Below are positions 37,901 through 49,930 of a stretch of 64,000 nucleotides of DNA, piece after piece; position 1 is the first letter of the stretch, and the number at the start of each line of letters is the position of its first letter. The notes below the pieces were generated by a model. The model saw only the letters and a program-made list of their open reading frames with translations. It was not told where the DNA came from and searched no databases. This DNA is from Massalongia carnosa (taxonomy: Eukaryota): positions 1,178,001 to 1,242,000 of the forward strand of contig OZ287087.1 of the NCBI GenBank assembly GCA_965645245.1, written 5' to 3'. The position numbers were made by a program, and so were the translations under genes.

Positions 37901-39517
37901 GACATGCTGCGTCGGTGCGAGATCATGGGCATTACGTGCGCGGAGTGGAGCAGTCGTCGGCCACCCGAGGCGGCGTCATTGGTGTTGGTGACGCCGGAGT
38001 CGGCGGTGACGGGAGATTTTCAGACATTCATCAACCGGTTACGAGCCATGCAGCAGTTGGATCGTATTGTCATCGGCGAATGTCATTTCACATTGACCGA
38101 GCAGTGGGATTTCCGACCGCAGTTGCTGCAATTAGGGCGTTTAATCGGGGCAGAAACGCAGATGATATTGTTGACGGCGACGTTGCCGCCCCGGCAGGAG
38201 ATGGATTTGCGTCGGATTGGATTCGTACGCGACGAGGTGCGAATGTTTCGCAGCGGCACGAGTCGCGCCAATATCCGTTATCGCATCGTGCGGGGGATGA
38301 ACGGCGGCTGGCAACAAATCGAATTTTTGACGGAGATGTTGCGGAGCCGGGCGAGCGGAAAGATGATTGTGTACGCCGACACGGTGTCGAAAGTGCAGCG
38401 GTTGGCGCAGGAATTGGAATGCGGCGCAAATCATTATCATGCGACGGACAAGGACGCGATATTTCAGGGATTGGTGCAGGGGACCCGTCGGGAGGTGGTG
38501 GCCACCAGCGTGTTTGGGTTGGGGATTGATTTATCGGACATTCGGGTGGTGGTGCACATGGATGTCCCGCGCAGTATGGAAGAATATGCGCAAGAAAGCG
38601 GACGGGCGGGACGAGACGGCGACATCAGCGAAGTTTTCATCATGATTCGATCGGAGGCGCAGCCATCAAGCGAGATGTTTCCGGACAGCGAATCCGGGCA
38701 GATCATGAAACGGTTTATCATAGCGACGGAACAAAACTAATTTCAACTGGTCATATTGGATAAATATATGGACAGACGTCAAGACCGCGAGGGATGTGAA
38801 ACGAATAATGAGTTATGTTAACGATGTCATGACATGCAGAACCGAAGACGAGAAGAAGACGTGGAGGAAGGACATAAAAATGTGGCGAGCAGTTCCCCGA
38901 CGGATACACCATCGTTGTGGGAATTCGAGGAGCAACAACGAGAACGCCTAGGATTACGAGAGCATCAAACGATGCAGAACCGTCAAGAAAGCACGGAACT
39001 CGAAAGATTCACGCGACATTTGCAATTTTGGCAGGATCGATGCCCGGCATGTGAGTCGATCGAGACAACGGATTACATGCGAGTGACGAGTCATTCGTTG
39101 ACACAATGCGTTTCGGACGAGGTGTCGACGATGCAAGAATTAGCGAAGGAAATTGCATCGAAGATTCGATACGAGGGATATTCGTGTTGTTATCATTGTG
39201 GATTGCCACAGGGAATATGTCGTCGATATGAGGCCAAGTCGGAGAAGGAGGCCGGATTTTGGGTACGGATTCCCGGGGCGGAATATCAATATTCAGAGGT
39301 GATAATGTGGACATGGGTGGGATTGATATCGAAGTATCTGAGGGCCATCTGAGACCCGGCGTGGTCGCGAGCGCGAGCGGATGGGATTTCCATTGAGCAA
39401 AAAGAGGAAGTTATTCAATGGTTTGGGCGGCGAGTAATGTGGGGAGGATTACAATGTACGAAATTGTTCAAGGAATTTTATTATGCGGCGGAAAAGTTTC
39501 AAGGATTTTTATATTAA
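34948..39517 (+). pseudogene. Telomere-linked-helicase-like gene: DUF3505/C2H2-like Zn domain + putative tyrosine-recombinase-like domain + RecQ-type SF2 helicase + Cys-rich tail
   Basis: Consecutive ORFs 34948-35139, 35177-36481, 36589-37149, 37205-37711, 37712-38740, 38834-39352 and onward to 39517, joined by stops and ~3 frameshifts. Helicase motifs MPTGGGKS, IGECH (degenerate DECH), LTAT, ATSVFGLGID, QESGRAGRDG. Confidence 0.88.
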
Positions 39518-39589
39518 TGGAATAAATTTTCGAATTTTATATTATCCTACAACAATTCACATGCAAATTTTCATTTGAATCATCAAATT

Positions 39590-40083
39590 GTCAAAAATAT
39601 AAATATAATTCAAATCGCAATTAAATAAATAAGAGGAAATAGTTATAAAGAGGAATATAAGAATAAATGTAAAAATAACAGTAAAAACGAAAAATAGAAG
39701 AAAAATAAAAGTGAAAAGATATATAAATACAAAAGATTAGAAGAATATGAAAAAAAATATAAAATGAAAAAAAGACAAATGTGAATAGAAGTAGAATAAG
39801 AGTAAAAATAAGAAGATAAAAGAAAGAAAAACATAATAAGAACAACAATAAAAGTAAAAAAAAAATAGAATAAAAATAAAGAGAAATAAAAGTGAGAATA
39901 AGAGAAAATACATGCGAAATCAAGAAAAAGTAGAAGAAAAATTAAGAATAGAGATAAAAACAAGTGTATGTAAATATAAATGTAAAAATAAATATGTATA
40001 GAAAGATGAAAGATAATAAAAGTTTAACAATAAGACAATATTGTAATATAAGAGAAAATAAGAATAAGTAAAAGTATAGGATC
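39590..40083 (+). repeat. A/G-rich low-complexity tract
   Basis: Almost C-free runs such as AAATAAAAG / AGAAAAATA between the helicase stop and the right arm. Confidence 0.8.
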
Positions 40084-40421
40084 AAGTTCGAGGTTTTTAT
40101 ATCAATTAATATTGTTTTCATCAACAACTTTGTCAATTCAAGTTCGATTTTCAAAATTTTTGAATATTTGACTTTTTGAGTAAAAAATCTATATTTAAAA
40201 AATATAGTGTTTTTTATGTTATCAACTTTCAATATTTTTATTTTGATATTGTTTAATTTCTAAGAAATCAATACTCTTTTCATGAATAACTTTATCAAAT
40301 CACGTGAGATCAACGTTGATTGAGAAAGACTCTTTTCCGGAGCTGGAGCTTAATCTTAAATTTGTTTGGAGAATAGGGAACTTTCAAATTCTTGAAAGGC
40401 CGACGCTGGTGATTCTAAAGA

Positions 40422-42032
40422 ATGATCACGAACGAATACGCCTTGACGCGTGAAATGAGTGAAGCCTACCACTTAACATGTAAAGCGAGGGAGGTACTAA
40501 AAGGTATGGGGGAGACCGTACCAGGCGCAGTAGTGAGTCGCTGGATACTCGCATTGGTGGAGTTCATAGAACAAAACGAGGCAAAACGCGACGCGCCTGA
40601 CGCGTCGAATCAAGAAAGTCTTCAAAGCACACTGCACGACATACAACAAAGATTACAGAAGATTGAGAAGCAGGGAGAAAACAATGGAAAAGCGCTCAGC
40701 TACGCCGCCGTCGCGTCTGGGGGCCGTAGGGGAACGACTGGGGATATCGGAAAGACGCAGACCCAAATCGATGAAAACATGCTTAGAGAAAAGAGAAAGA
40801 TGAAAGAACTCATAGTCAGAATAGAAGATCCCAAAGAGCAAGAGGCCTTGGGAAGAAAGACGACAAAAGAAATCATAGAAGCTATAAAAATCCCCAACAG
40901 CGAGATAGCGGGTATCAGGAAGCTCCCCAGCGGGGATTTGAAAATCCACACCAAAACAGCGCAGGCTAAGCAGAGCCTCCAATCACAACCAGCATGGATA
41001 AAGAATGTGGCGGCATCGGCGACGATTCGTAAAGAGGGATACGCGGTAATAGCACACGGCATGCGGATGAACGATGTACGAGGACCAAAACAAATGAAGG
41101 CCATAGAATATCTGATAAGAGAAAACAAGGATCTGCACGAAGACCTAAAAATTAATAGAGTGGCATGGAGCACTAGAGCCATTAAGCAGAACAAGAGATA
41201 CGCGTCTATGCACATCGAGGTAGAAACTGCGGAGATGGCCAATCGGCTCATCCTCGTAGGTCTAGCAGACAGAGGAGAAATCAAGACGTGCGAGCTATTC
41301 GAAGCCGGATGCAAGCTCACACAATGCTTCAATTGTCAACAATACGGCCATATAGCAAAGTTCTGCAGAAATCCCACCACATGTGGATACTGCGCGGGGA
41401 GACACGAAAGCCGATCGTGCCCCGGCAACAAGGCGCCGAGGTTCCTACGATGCGGAGCGTGTGGAGAAAAAGGCCACCCAGCATGGGCGGCAGAATGCAG
41501 AACAAGAAAGGAGAGAAAGCATCGAACGGAAATCGCAAGGGACTCCGCTAGAAGACTTTACGCAACACCTCCGAGCGGGAGAGAAGAGGAAAAGAGAAAG
41601 GAAAGAGGATTAGGATCGAAAAGCACACCATCTCCCAACGCACCGCTGCAGAACGTCGAAGTGATCATCACAACCGACAACAACAAAGACACCCAACGAA
41701 GCCAGACCGACGGGACAGGGAGCACCATAGTAGAGGAGGAAGAGGTACAGGAGACAAACGATGAAGAAATGACAGAGGCTATGGAAACAATAAGAAAAAG
41801 AAAGCCAAGCACGAACCTCGCAGGAAGACCGCTGGTGGCACGATCGCGATCATTATCGCCCAGGAGAGAGGATAGAGAGAAGCCCCTACGAGGAAGAGAA
41901 GAATGGAGAACGACAAGAATGATGAATCCGGAGATTCGAGAAATGGCCTTCGCCAAGCCGGTGAGAGGTCGTCCACGCATCAGGACGCCAAGCACTAACG
42001 AAGAACTTCTCAACAATGACGATCAATTATGA
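40422..42032 (+). CDS. LINE ORF1 gag-like, 536 aa
   Basis: CFNCQQYGHIAKFC, CGYCAGRH and CGACGEKGH knuckles. Confidence 0.93.
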   Translation: MITNEYALTREMSEAYHLTCKAREVLKGMGETVPGAVVSRWILALVEFIEQNEAKRDAPDASNQESLQSTLHDIQQRLQKIEKQGENNGKALSYAAVASGGRRGTTGDIGKTQTQIDENMLREKRKMKELIVRIEDPKEQEALGRKTTKEIIEAIKIPNSEIAGIRKLPSGDLKIHTKTAQAKQSLQSQPAWIKNVAASATIRKEGYAVIAHGMRMNDVRGPKQMKAIEYLIRENKDLHEDLKINRVAWSTRAIKQNKRYASMHIEVETAEMANRLILVGLADRGEIKTCELFEAGCKLTQCFNCQQYGHIAKFCRNPTTCGYCAGRHESRSCPGNKAPRFLRCGACGEKGHPAWAAECRTRKERKHRTEIARDSARRLYATPPSGREEEKRKERGLGSKSTPSPNAPLQNVEVIITTDNNKDTQRSQTDGTGSTIVEEEEVQETNDEEMTEAMETIRKRKPSTNLAGRPLVARSRSLSPRREDREKPLRGREEWRTTRMMNPEIREMAFAKPVRGRPRIRTPSTNEELLNNDDQL

Positions 42033-45000
42033 GAGACACGAACACTCTCACAATTCTGCAGTACAACGTCAGGAAAAGTGCGAAAGGCACACTGATACCA
42101 TTGCTTGCAGACGAGAAAACAAAGAATTTCGATATCATTGCTATTCAAGAACCATGGAAAAACCCTACAACGGCCCTACTACTCAACCCCTATCAGAGCG
42201 GGTTTCACTTACTTTACAAATCCGGAGGAGACACACGCGTCTGCTTCTATATCAACGAGAAGATAGATCCAGAAAGTTGGGACGTGGAATATCCAACAGA
42301 AGATCTATGCACATTGAATATAGAAATCAGAATAGGAAGCGTGTTAAGAAAAATTCATATACACAACATCTACAATCCATCCCCGTTATCTATCTCAGCG
42401 ACGGATAGTCCGTCTACCCTACCGGCCGCCCTGCGTCAACTGAACGGGCCAGGAGAACACATCTTGCTAGGGGATTTCAACCTTCATCATCCACATTGGG
42501 GAGGTGCGAGAGTGCGAGGTCAACACGAGGCGTCCGAACAGCTACTAGACATCATTGAAAGTAAAAATCTTTCGCTCACCCTGCCAAGAGGAACAGTGAC
42601 ATGGGAGGCAAGAAACTCATTCAGCACCATCGATCTGGTGTTCATGACGGAAGATCTCGTAGAAAGATTGGAACACTGTATCACAGTCCCGGAGCTGAAT
42701 CAAGACTCAGATCACGTACCAATATCGACGAGGCACCGCCTCACCTGTGAACCCCTTACGCCTCCCCGCCGAAGACCCTGGAAACTCCTGGACATGAATA
42801 AACTGAGAGAAGTTGAGAGAAATGCCCCCACACCACGCGTCGTACGAGGCGCCAACGAAATTGATGCATACACTGCAGATATTCAAGACTACCTCAAAAG
42901 AATCGTTCAGGAGGCGGTACCATGGGCTAAACCTAGTCCCCAGGCGAAGTCCTTCTGGAATAGAGAGTGCGAGGAGGCAACGAAGGAGACCCGCAGGCTT
43001 CGTAGGATCTGGACGGCGGAAAGAAATCTGTCAGACTGGAAAAACTACATCAGAATGAACGACAAAAAACAGAAAATCATCGGTAAGGCAAGAAATCTTC
43101 ATTTCAGAGAACAAATGGCCGAAGTTGCAGCATCAAGAACAGGACTCTTCCGACTCGCAAAATGGGGCAAAGACAGAAGCGACGCACCAAGAGAAATTCC
43201 AAAAATGCCCCCGTTAGCAACAGCACAAAATCCCAATACGATAGCAGACACGTTCGAGAAGAGAGTAAATATGCTGAAGAAGTCCTTCTTTCCCCCTCCT
43301 CCTAACGCGGATCTCGGGGATCTCGTAGGATATTCGTACCCTCCAACACCAGAATGTCCAGCACTGATAACGGAAGAAGAAGTGGCGGCGGCGCTGCGAA
43401 AGCCAAAGCCAGACAAAGCCCCAGGACCGGATGGAATCACAAATAGAATTCTCAAAGCCTGTTCAGAAAACCTAATCAAATTGCTGACACCACTTTTTCA
43501 AGCATGTGTGAATGAAGGATATCATCCGAAAGTCTTTAAAATCGCCAACACTATCACGCTAAAGAAGCCAGGAAAAGGAAACTATACGGATCCCAAGGCA
43601 TGGAGACCCATAGCGTTGTTGAACACGTTGGGCAAAGCATTGGAATCCATTATAGCAAGGAAAATTAGCCATCTGACGGAAGAATTTAAACTGATCCCGG
43701 ATACTCAAATGGGTGCAAGGCCGGGCCGCGGAACGGAAACAGCACTGGAGCTGCTCACTGAACAAGTGCACACCGTATGGAATCAGGGTAACGATAAAGT
43801 GGCATCTCTATTGAGCATAGACGTATCGGGAGCCTTTGACACCGTCTCTCATCGTAGGCTCATTCACAACATGAGAAAACGAAAGATCCCAGAGTGGATA
43901 GCCAAATGGACGGATAGTTTCTTGAAAGAAAGAGAAACCACGCTCACGATTAATCAACGCACCACTAACGCATTTCCGCTGAGCATAGGAATCCCTCAGG
44001 GATCTCCTCTATCTCCCATTCTATATCTCTTTTACAATGCGGACCTCTTAGACATTTGCAATAGACCCAGCACAAACGCGGCAGGCATAGGATTCGTAGA
44101 CGACGTGAACATCCTGACATATGGCAAATCCACGGAAGAAAATTGCAAAACATTGAAAGAAATACACGATAATTGCGAACGATGGGCGAAACGCCACGGC
44201 TCCGTGTTCGCGCCGCATAAATACGAGCTCATACATCTAGCAAAAAATCCCAAGAAATTCAATCTCGAAGCTTCCTTCACAGTAAACGGCAAACTACTCA
44301 ACGTCACGAAATCTGTACGAGTGCTGGGGGTGTACATAGACACGAGGCTCAATTGGTCGGCGCACTACAAAGAGATACAGAAGAAAATGACGAGACAAAC
44401 GAGAGCGCTGACTAGAATCGCCGCAGCCACTTGGGGTGCGACCCTCCTACAAGCCCGTCACGTGTACACGGCGGTGGTACGCCCGGCAATGACCCATGGT
44501 TCTCTGGTATGGCACACGCCGGAGGAAACACAAAAGCACGTCAAAGTCACGAGGAAAAGCAAACTCGAGATCGTACAAAACAAATGTTTACGAGTAGTAG
44601 CCGGAGCGTACAGGGCCACACCCATCGAGGTGTTACAGGCGGAAACATTCATCTGTCCATTGACGCAACATTTGGATCATCTGCAGGCCAAAGGTAGATC
44701 GAGGCTACAACACAACGGTCAGGCAAAAGTCATAGAACAGGCATGCGAGAAAATCAGAACGAGATTGAAAGGGAAAAGAGGGCGACAACGGATTATTGGA
44801 GAAACACCGGGAGCTCGTAGACAGAGATGGGTGGCCAAGCTGACAGCTGAAGTATCAACAAAGAGAAAGCCCAAACGCACACCACCATGGGAAAAAGCGG
44901 AGAATGCACAAGAGGAAAAACGAGCAGAATATGCCGCACTTCAAAGAGAAAGAGACGGAATCATAGCGAAACGATTTAAAGAAAAATGGAAGGACAAATG

Positions 45001-45403
45001 GATAGCGTATCAATCAATACATACGCTTGATCCAACAATAGCACAGTCGGGTCCATTGCACAAAAACAGGTTGAACACGCACAAGCTGCTGAATAAGGCG
45101 CAAAGCTCCCTCGCAATTCAAATTAGAACAGAGAAAATCGGGTTAGCGAGTTTTCTATTCAAACGCAAGGTGCCAGACATTGAGTCCGCGGCCTGCCTGT
45201 GCGGAAGCCGCTTTCAAACGGCGAAACATGTGATAATGTTCTGCGGATTGCATAATAGAATCGATATGTTGCGTGCAGCTGGCTCGCTGGATTATCAAAA
45301 ACTGATAACAGACCCCAAAGCGATCAAAATAATCACTGCATGGCTTATGCGTACGGGCATACTAACACAGTACACTATTGCCGCGCAAATGACGGAGCAA
45401 TAA
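42029..45403 (+). CDS. LINE ORF2 APE endonuclease-reverse transcriptase, 1124 aa, no RNase H
   Basis: Motifs QEPW, GDFNLHH, DSDH, APGPDGI, GIPQGSPLSP, FVDD and C-terminal CLCG..H...C. ATGA overlap with ORF1. Confidence 0.96.
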   Translation: MRDTNTLTILQYNVRKSAKGTLIPLLADEKTKNFDIIAIQEPWKNPTTALLLNPYQSGFHLLYKSGGDTRVCFYINEKIDPESWDVEYPTEDLCTLNIEIRIGSVLRKIHIHNIYNPSPLSISATDSPSTLPAALRQLNGPGEHILLGDFNLHHPHWGGARVRGQHEASEQLLDIIESKNLSLTLPRGTVTWEARNSFSTIDLVFMTEDLVERLEHCITVPELNQDSDHVPISTRHRLTCEPLTPPRRRPWKLLDMNKLREVERNAPTPRVVRGANEIDAYTADIQDYLKRIVQEAVPWAKPSPQAKSFWNRECEEATKETRRLRRIWTAERNLSDWKNYIRMNDKKQKIIGKARNLHFREQMAEVAASRTGLFRLAKWGKDRSDAPREIPKMPPLATAQNPNTIADTFEKRVNMLKKSFFPPPPNADLGDLVGYSYPPTPECPALITEEEVAAALRKPKPDKAPGPDGITNRILKACSENLIKLLTPLFQACVNEGYHPKVFKIANTITLKKPGKGNYTDPKAWRPIALLNTLGKALESIIARKISHLTEEFKLIPDTQMGARPGRGTETALELLTEQVHTVWNQGNDKVASLLSIDVSGAFDTVSHRRLIHNMRKRKIPEWIAKWTDSFLKERETTLTINQRTTNAFPLSIGIPQGSPLSPILYLFYNADLLDICNRPSTNAAGIGFVDDVNILTYGKSTEENCKTLKEIHDNCERWAKRHGSVFAPHKYELIHLAKNPKKFNLEASFTVNGKLLNVTKSVRVLGVYIDTRLNWSAHYKEIQKKMTRQTRALTRIAAATWGATLLQARHVYTAVVRPAMTHGSLVWHTPEETQKHVKVTRKSKLEIVQNKCLRVVAGAYRATPIEVLQAETFICPLTQHLDHLQAKGRSRLQHNGQAKVIEQACEKIRTRLKGKRGRQRIIGETPGARRQRWVAKLTAEVSTKRKPKRTPPWEKAENAQEEKRAEYAALQRERDGIIAKRFKEKWKDKWIAYQSIHTLDPTIAQSGPLHKNRLNTHKLLNKAQSSLAIQIRTEKIGLASFLFKRKVPDIESAACLCGSRFQTAKHVIMFCGLHNRIDMLRAAGSLDYQKLITDPKAIKIITAWLMRTGILTQYTIAAQMTEQ

Positions 45404-46301
45404 TGAGAGGAGAATTGGTTTTTTCTTCTACTTATTTTCTTTTCTTCTCTTTTATTCTTGCACTTACTCAGGCGCATAACGGGTATAGCGGGTTTCCCAA
45501 ACCGTAGAGATCAACCCGGGGAAAGAGCGAGTCCTCTACAAACCTGGTACGCAGGAGCAGTTTTTTACCCGTTCGGGTTTTCTGCCTTTATATAGCCTAT
45601 GTAGTATCTCCCGCATGGGCCAGCTTCAGCTGGTGTCATATCGGCGTAAGAAAAATCAATCAATCAATCAATCAAATCACGTGATACTTTCAAATTTCTT
45701 GAAGATTTAAGATTTTGATTAAACTTTACGTATCTAATATTTATAACGTTATTTACGTTACTTACTTTTCAAAATTTCAATTTTTGAAGTTCGAGGTTTT
45801 TGTATCAATTGTTATTGTTTTCATGAATAACTTCTTCAAATGAAGTCGGATTTTCAAAATTCTTGAATATTTGAATACTGTATGCAGTTTATTATATTTT
45901 ATATGTAAAATTTTTATTACGTTACCGCTTCAATAAAATCATATTGTGAAAAAACTTTCATTTTCTACTCGCTGAATGAAAACTCGTCGATTTTCATTCG
46001 AATTGTGTTTTTCCGACTTCGTCGTTCAATCGAAAAGATTTCCTGAATGAAAATTCGCAAATTTTCAGAGAATATTATTGTTAAATTCTTTTATTTTGAT
46101 TTTCGTCGTTTAATATCGTTTGATTTGAATCTTCGAAATTACGCGAAAAAACGCTCGTTTATCAATTTTGCTGTAGTCTGAATCTTCAATCGCGATTTTA
46201 AATATACATTCAATTATGTTTTATACATAAAAACTTCATACGTTATCGTTTCAATAAAATTATGTTATGAAAAGAATTGACTTTTTATTTGATAAATGAA
46301 A

Positions 46302-46575
46302 TGTTGAAATAGGTGTATGACTATTGCTATATGGCTATGTAATAATAAAGGTATGTATGACCGTGATGTTAAGGATGAAGAGTTGCTAGGCAGCAATCTT
46401 TTCCTATTACTGGTCACCCCATTCTAAGCGAGGTGATATTATCTTATCTTGGGACTAAGCCTAATGCGGCATCTACGATTTCCGTAGATGATCTGTCCAT
46501 CTAGGGCAGCCGTAGGTGCTATGTTCATCGTACTGATAGGTGTTCATTGTGCTGGTAGGAATTGGATATTCAACA
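46302..46575 (-). repeat. Copia 3' LTR
   Basis: TGTTGAA...TTCAACA; matches 51186-51459. Confidence 0.95.
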
Positions 46576-46643
46576 ACCCCCCTCAAGTCCTACCAGTACT
46601 TGTTTCCATCGTGGATTCAACCGTGGTTGAACTTCTTTACCTC

Positions 46644-49600
46644 TCATGTCTGTTTGTCCATGTTGAGCTGTCTGATAAAGGAGAAGAACATGACGTGCGT
46701 GAGGGTTTTTGTCAGTCCATCTGCAATCATGTCTTCGGTCGGAACATAGGTGAGTTCGATTCTTCCTTCTATCACCTCGTTTCGTATCAAGTAGTGCTGA
46801 ATGTCGATATCCTTGGTCCTGGAGTGTAATACGGTGTTATTGGCCAGTGCTATTGCGCTTTGATTGTCGCCTTTCAATGCAATTGTGCCTTATCCTCTTA
46901 ACACGTTTATTGTCGGGGATCCGTCATCAGAAGTCGTCAATCCGAGTTCGATCATCAGTAAACGTAGCCATGTTGCCTCCTTTGCTACTAAGGTGAGTGC
47001 CATATACTCTGCTTCGGTTGATGACAATGTGACGGTTATTTGTCTTTTGGAACACCAGCTTATTGGTCCATTGTTCAGCATGAACACATAACCCCAGTTG
47101 GATTTTCGCTGCTATTTGTCGAAGGTGATGTCTCTATTCTTAGTACCGCTAAGGTATCTGAGAATGTGTTTGGCCGCTTCCATATGTGTTTTGCCTGGAT
47201 TCTTTGCATTTCGACTGATTACGGACGTTGCGAAAGCTACGTCTGGCCTGGATTCTATCATTGCGAACGTGATGGATCCGACAATGGTTTGATATTGCTT
47301 TATGTCCTTGTCGGAGTCCTGAAATTCATTGATGAAAAGACAGCCTTCTCGCATGGGAGTGCTTTATGGTTTTGTTGACTCGATCTCGTTCGACTTTAAG
47401 GCCTAGATAGTAGCTGATTGGTCCCATGTCTACCATCTTGAAAGCTAGCCTGAGCTGTTTCTTGACTTCGGTGATCATCGGGGAACCCTTGGGCCTATGA
47501 TGTTGAAATCGTCAACGAAAGAGGTAACAATGTGTCCTTTTATCCCTTGAGGTGTGACGAAAATGTTATGATCTGCGTGGAGTTTCTCCAATCCTAATTT
47601 GCTCAATAGAAAAGCTGACAGTCGTTCATACCAGGGACGCAGAGACTGTTCAAACCGTATAGGGCTTGTTCAACCTGCACACCATGCAAGCTGTTTCATA
47701 TCCTTTCGGCATGTGGAATAGATGAGTTGATAATGAGATCGTTCAGAAAAGCTGTCACTATATCCAGTCGCTCGATGTGCAGAAAATGATGAGCAGCTAA
47801 CGCGAATAGCAAGCGAAAAGCCATTGTTTGGCCATAGATGCAAAGGTTTGATCGAAATCTACTCAGTATTGTTGGAGATATCCTTGACAACCCATCTGGC
47901 TTTAAAGCGAACGGTCTTTTCATTTACGTCCCGTTTCAGCTTGAATACTCATTTGCCACTTAAGACTATATGTTCGGGTTCCATGGACTCGGTAGGTAAT
48001 GTATACCATCTTTGAATGTGGCGTCTTCATGAATTCGTAAGTGCTTGACCCTAATGACCTTGTAGTCTTTTTCCATAATGACGCGATAGATGGTGCTTCT
48101 GACATATCCACACAGGATTCCTTTCTGAGCCCTCGGAGAAAATTTAGCAGCCTTGCTGTTTATTCCTTTTCGCTCTTCTTCGTGAATTAATGCATAGACT
48201 GTAGATCCGAGAATTCTCAGGTGATCCAGCTTAGGTGACTTCTTCTCGAAGATCTCATACGGGGTTTTACCTGCTAAGGCGTTGGTTGGTCTGACGTTCT
48301 TGGTATGAACCATGGCTAGAACCACTTCTGCCTACAAGTAGTCTGGAATGTCTCTGGCAATGACACTGCATCTTGTCATGTATATGATGGTTCTGCCCAT
48401 TCGTTCCGCGACTCCGTTTTCATCTTGAGAGTATGGAGCAGCTGTTTCAAACGTTATGCCTTGTTCCAAGGACCAAACGTCTGACTTGTGACTGCGAAGC
48501 TCCGCGCCGAAGTCAGTGCGAAAACTGCTTATGAGTTTAGCCTTTCCGGATTTTTTTTTGAGCCATGCTGTAGTATGTCAACAAGTGATCAAACCATTCA
48601 CTCTTCTTGTGTCCGGTATAGACATGAGTGTATCTGCTAGCATCACAGGTGAAAGCAAAGAGGTAAAGTTCTTCAAGAAGTCCTGATGGCTTGATTAGTC
48701 CCACTAGGTCAGAGTTTATCTTTTGAAAGAGCTCTGTGGCCTTCTCTTGCCGTGATCGGTTATATATCTTTTTGGCTTTTCCCATTTCGCATGCATGGCA
48801 AAACCAACCGTGGTTGATATCGTCATCGTACGTTATGTCTAGCGTTTTCAGATATTTTCGACACGTTGCTATGTTGAGATGACCAAGCCTTCCATGCCAT
48901 GTAGTGAGTTTTGATTTGACAGATAATGACGTCCAGTCCTTGATAGGTGTCCTCGTCTACTTTGCTCAAATGCATCCTCAAATCTGGAGTGTCAATGGTC
49001 GTTGAAATGTTGGTTGATGTATGATATAAGTCCGCCTTCGTTTCTAACGAGGTAGTCTTTTGTTCCTTTGCTCTTCCGGATTCGAGCGAACTTCTATGTC
49101 TTTTTAACTGTGGAAACTTCTGCAAACAGGTATCTAGCCAATGACAAGTGTTCTTTCTCTTGACACATTAAGAGAAGGTGCCGTTCCCTGATGGGGCTCG
49201 ACCTCTTGAGTCAGGTGTGCTGATATGAAGTGCCTTGGTGATTTTCATTTTGACATAATAAGCAATAATGGTCTTCATTGCTTCCGACAGGTTTGTGGTT
49301 TCGTATATTCAATCTCGTCGAAGTTGGGCTATCAATGGGGAATAGACGTCTGGTGTTACCCAGCATCATTCCCTTAAGCATAAACTCCACGGTATGCAAA
49401 TCCACTTTGGCCTTGTCGTCCAGCATTCCTTTAATCTTGTTTAAAGCGCTCTCGTAATATGCACAGTATAGACTGGTCGTCTCTAAGTCGGTCATCTTCT
49501 TGGAAGTAACCTTCAGAATGATGTCGCTGATGCTCATTGGTGCTATATCTTGGAATCTATCCTTCAGGATTTTCCACATTTCTGCCACATTCTTGTTGTC

Positions 49601-49930
49601 GATGAGGCTGTAATAGCACTCCGCAACTAATCCGTGAATGATTCCTATAGCCTTGGTCATCTCGGCCTTCTGTCTATTATTCTAGTCACGCAGTTCTTTT
49701 ACCAAGATGCTGACTGAAAGACCTTTGGCGTCGAAGCCTGCTTGTATTAAACCTTCCTCGATGGTTTCAGCGGTGATTTCTGATTGATTCTCCAGAATGG
49801 CTCCTTCGCAGTTGTTCTTGAGCAGAATGCCCTTCGTATAGCTTGCCCAAGCCGAATATCTTTCGCTTTCTCCAAAAGATGTGACGTATCTATGATATAC
49901 ATAATGGGACAATGGGGAGCAATTGAACAA
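46644..49930 (-). pseudogene. Copia gag-pol, fragmented
   Basis: Integrase (SDLVG, TPYE, LRILGS), RT (LDIVTAFLN) and RNase H ([26 protein letters not shown]) in many short ORFs. Confidence 0.9.

Larger units (their letters stand above)
40308..45670 (+). mobile_element. Intact Tad1-like LINE, third family (right arm only)
   Basis: Two open ORFs and an (AATC)n tail. 14-bp TSD ATCAAATCACGTGA (40294-40307, 45671-45684). Empty site in the left arm at ~33446-33459. Confidence 0.96.

Noticed and set aside
37552..38529. 325-aa alternative-frame ORF
   Set aside because: Overlaps the helicase frame in GC-rich DNA, has no recognisable motifs, and is a shadow ORF.
34948..39517. Housekeeping SGS1/BLM orthologue, Helitron or Starship captain
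   Set aside because: No evident HRDC region or Sgs1-like layout and the gene is disrupted. Helitrons use a HUH Rep plus PIF1 (SF1) helicase. I could not recognise DUF3435 similarity or cargo genes.
39621..40232. Phe/Leu/Ile-rich membrane-protein ORFs on the minus strand
   Set aside because: Artefacts of the A/G-rich low-complexity tract and satellite.
40653..44697. Antisense and alternative-frame ORFs over LINE ORF1/ORF2 (likewise over Gypsy pol and the other LINEs)
   Set aside because: Shadow frames of real TE genes with no independent evidence.
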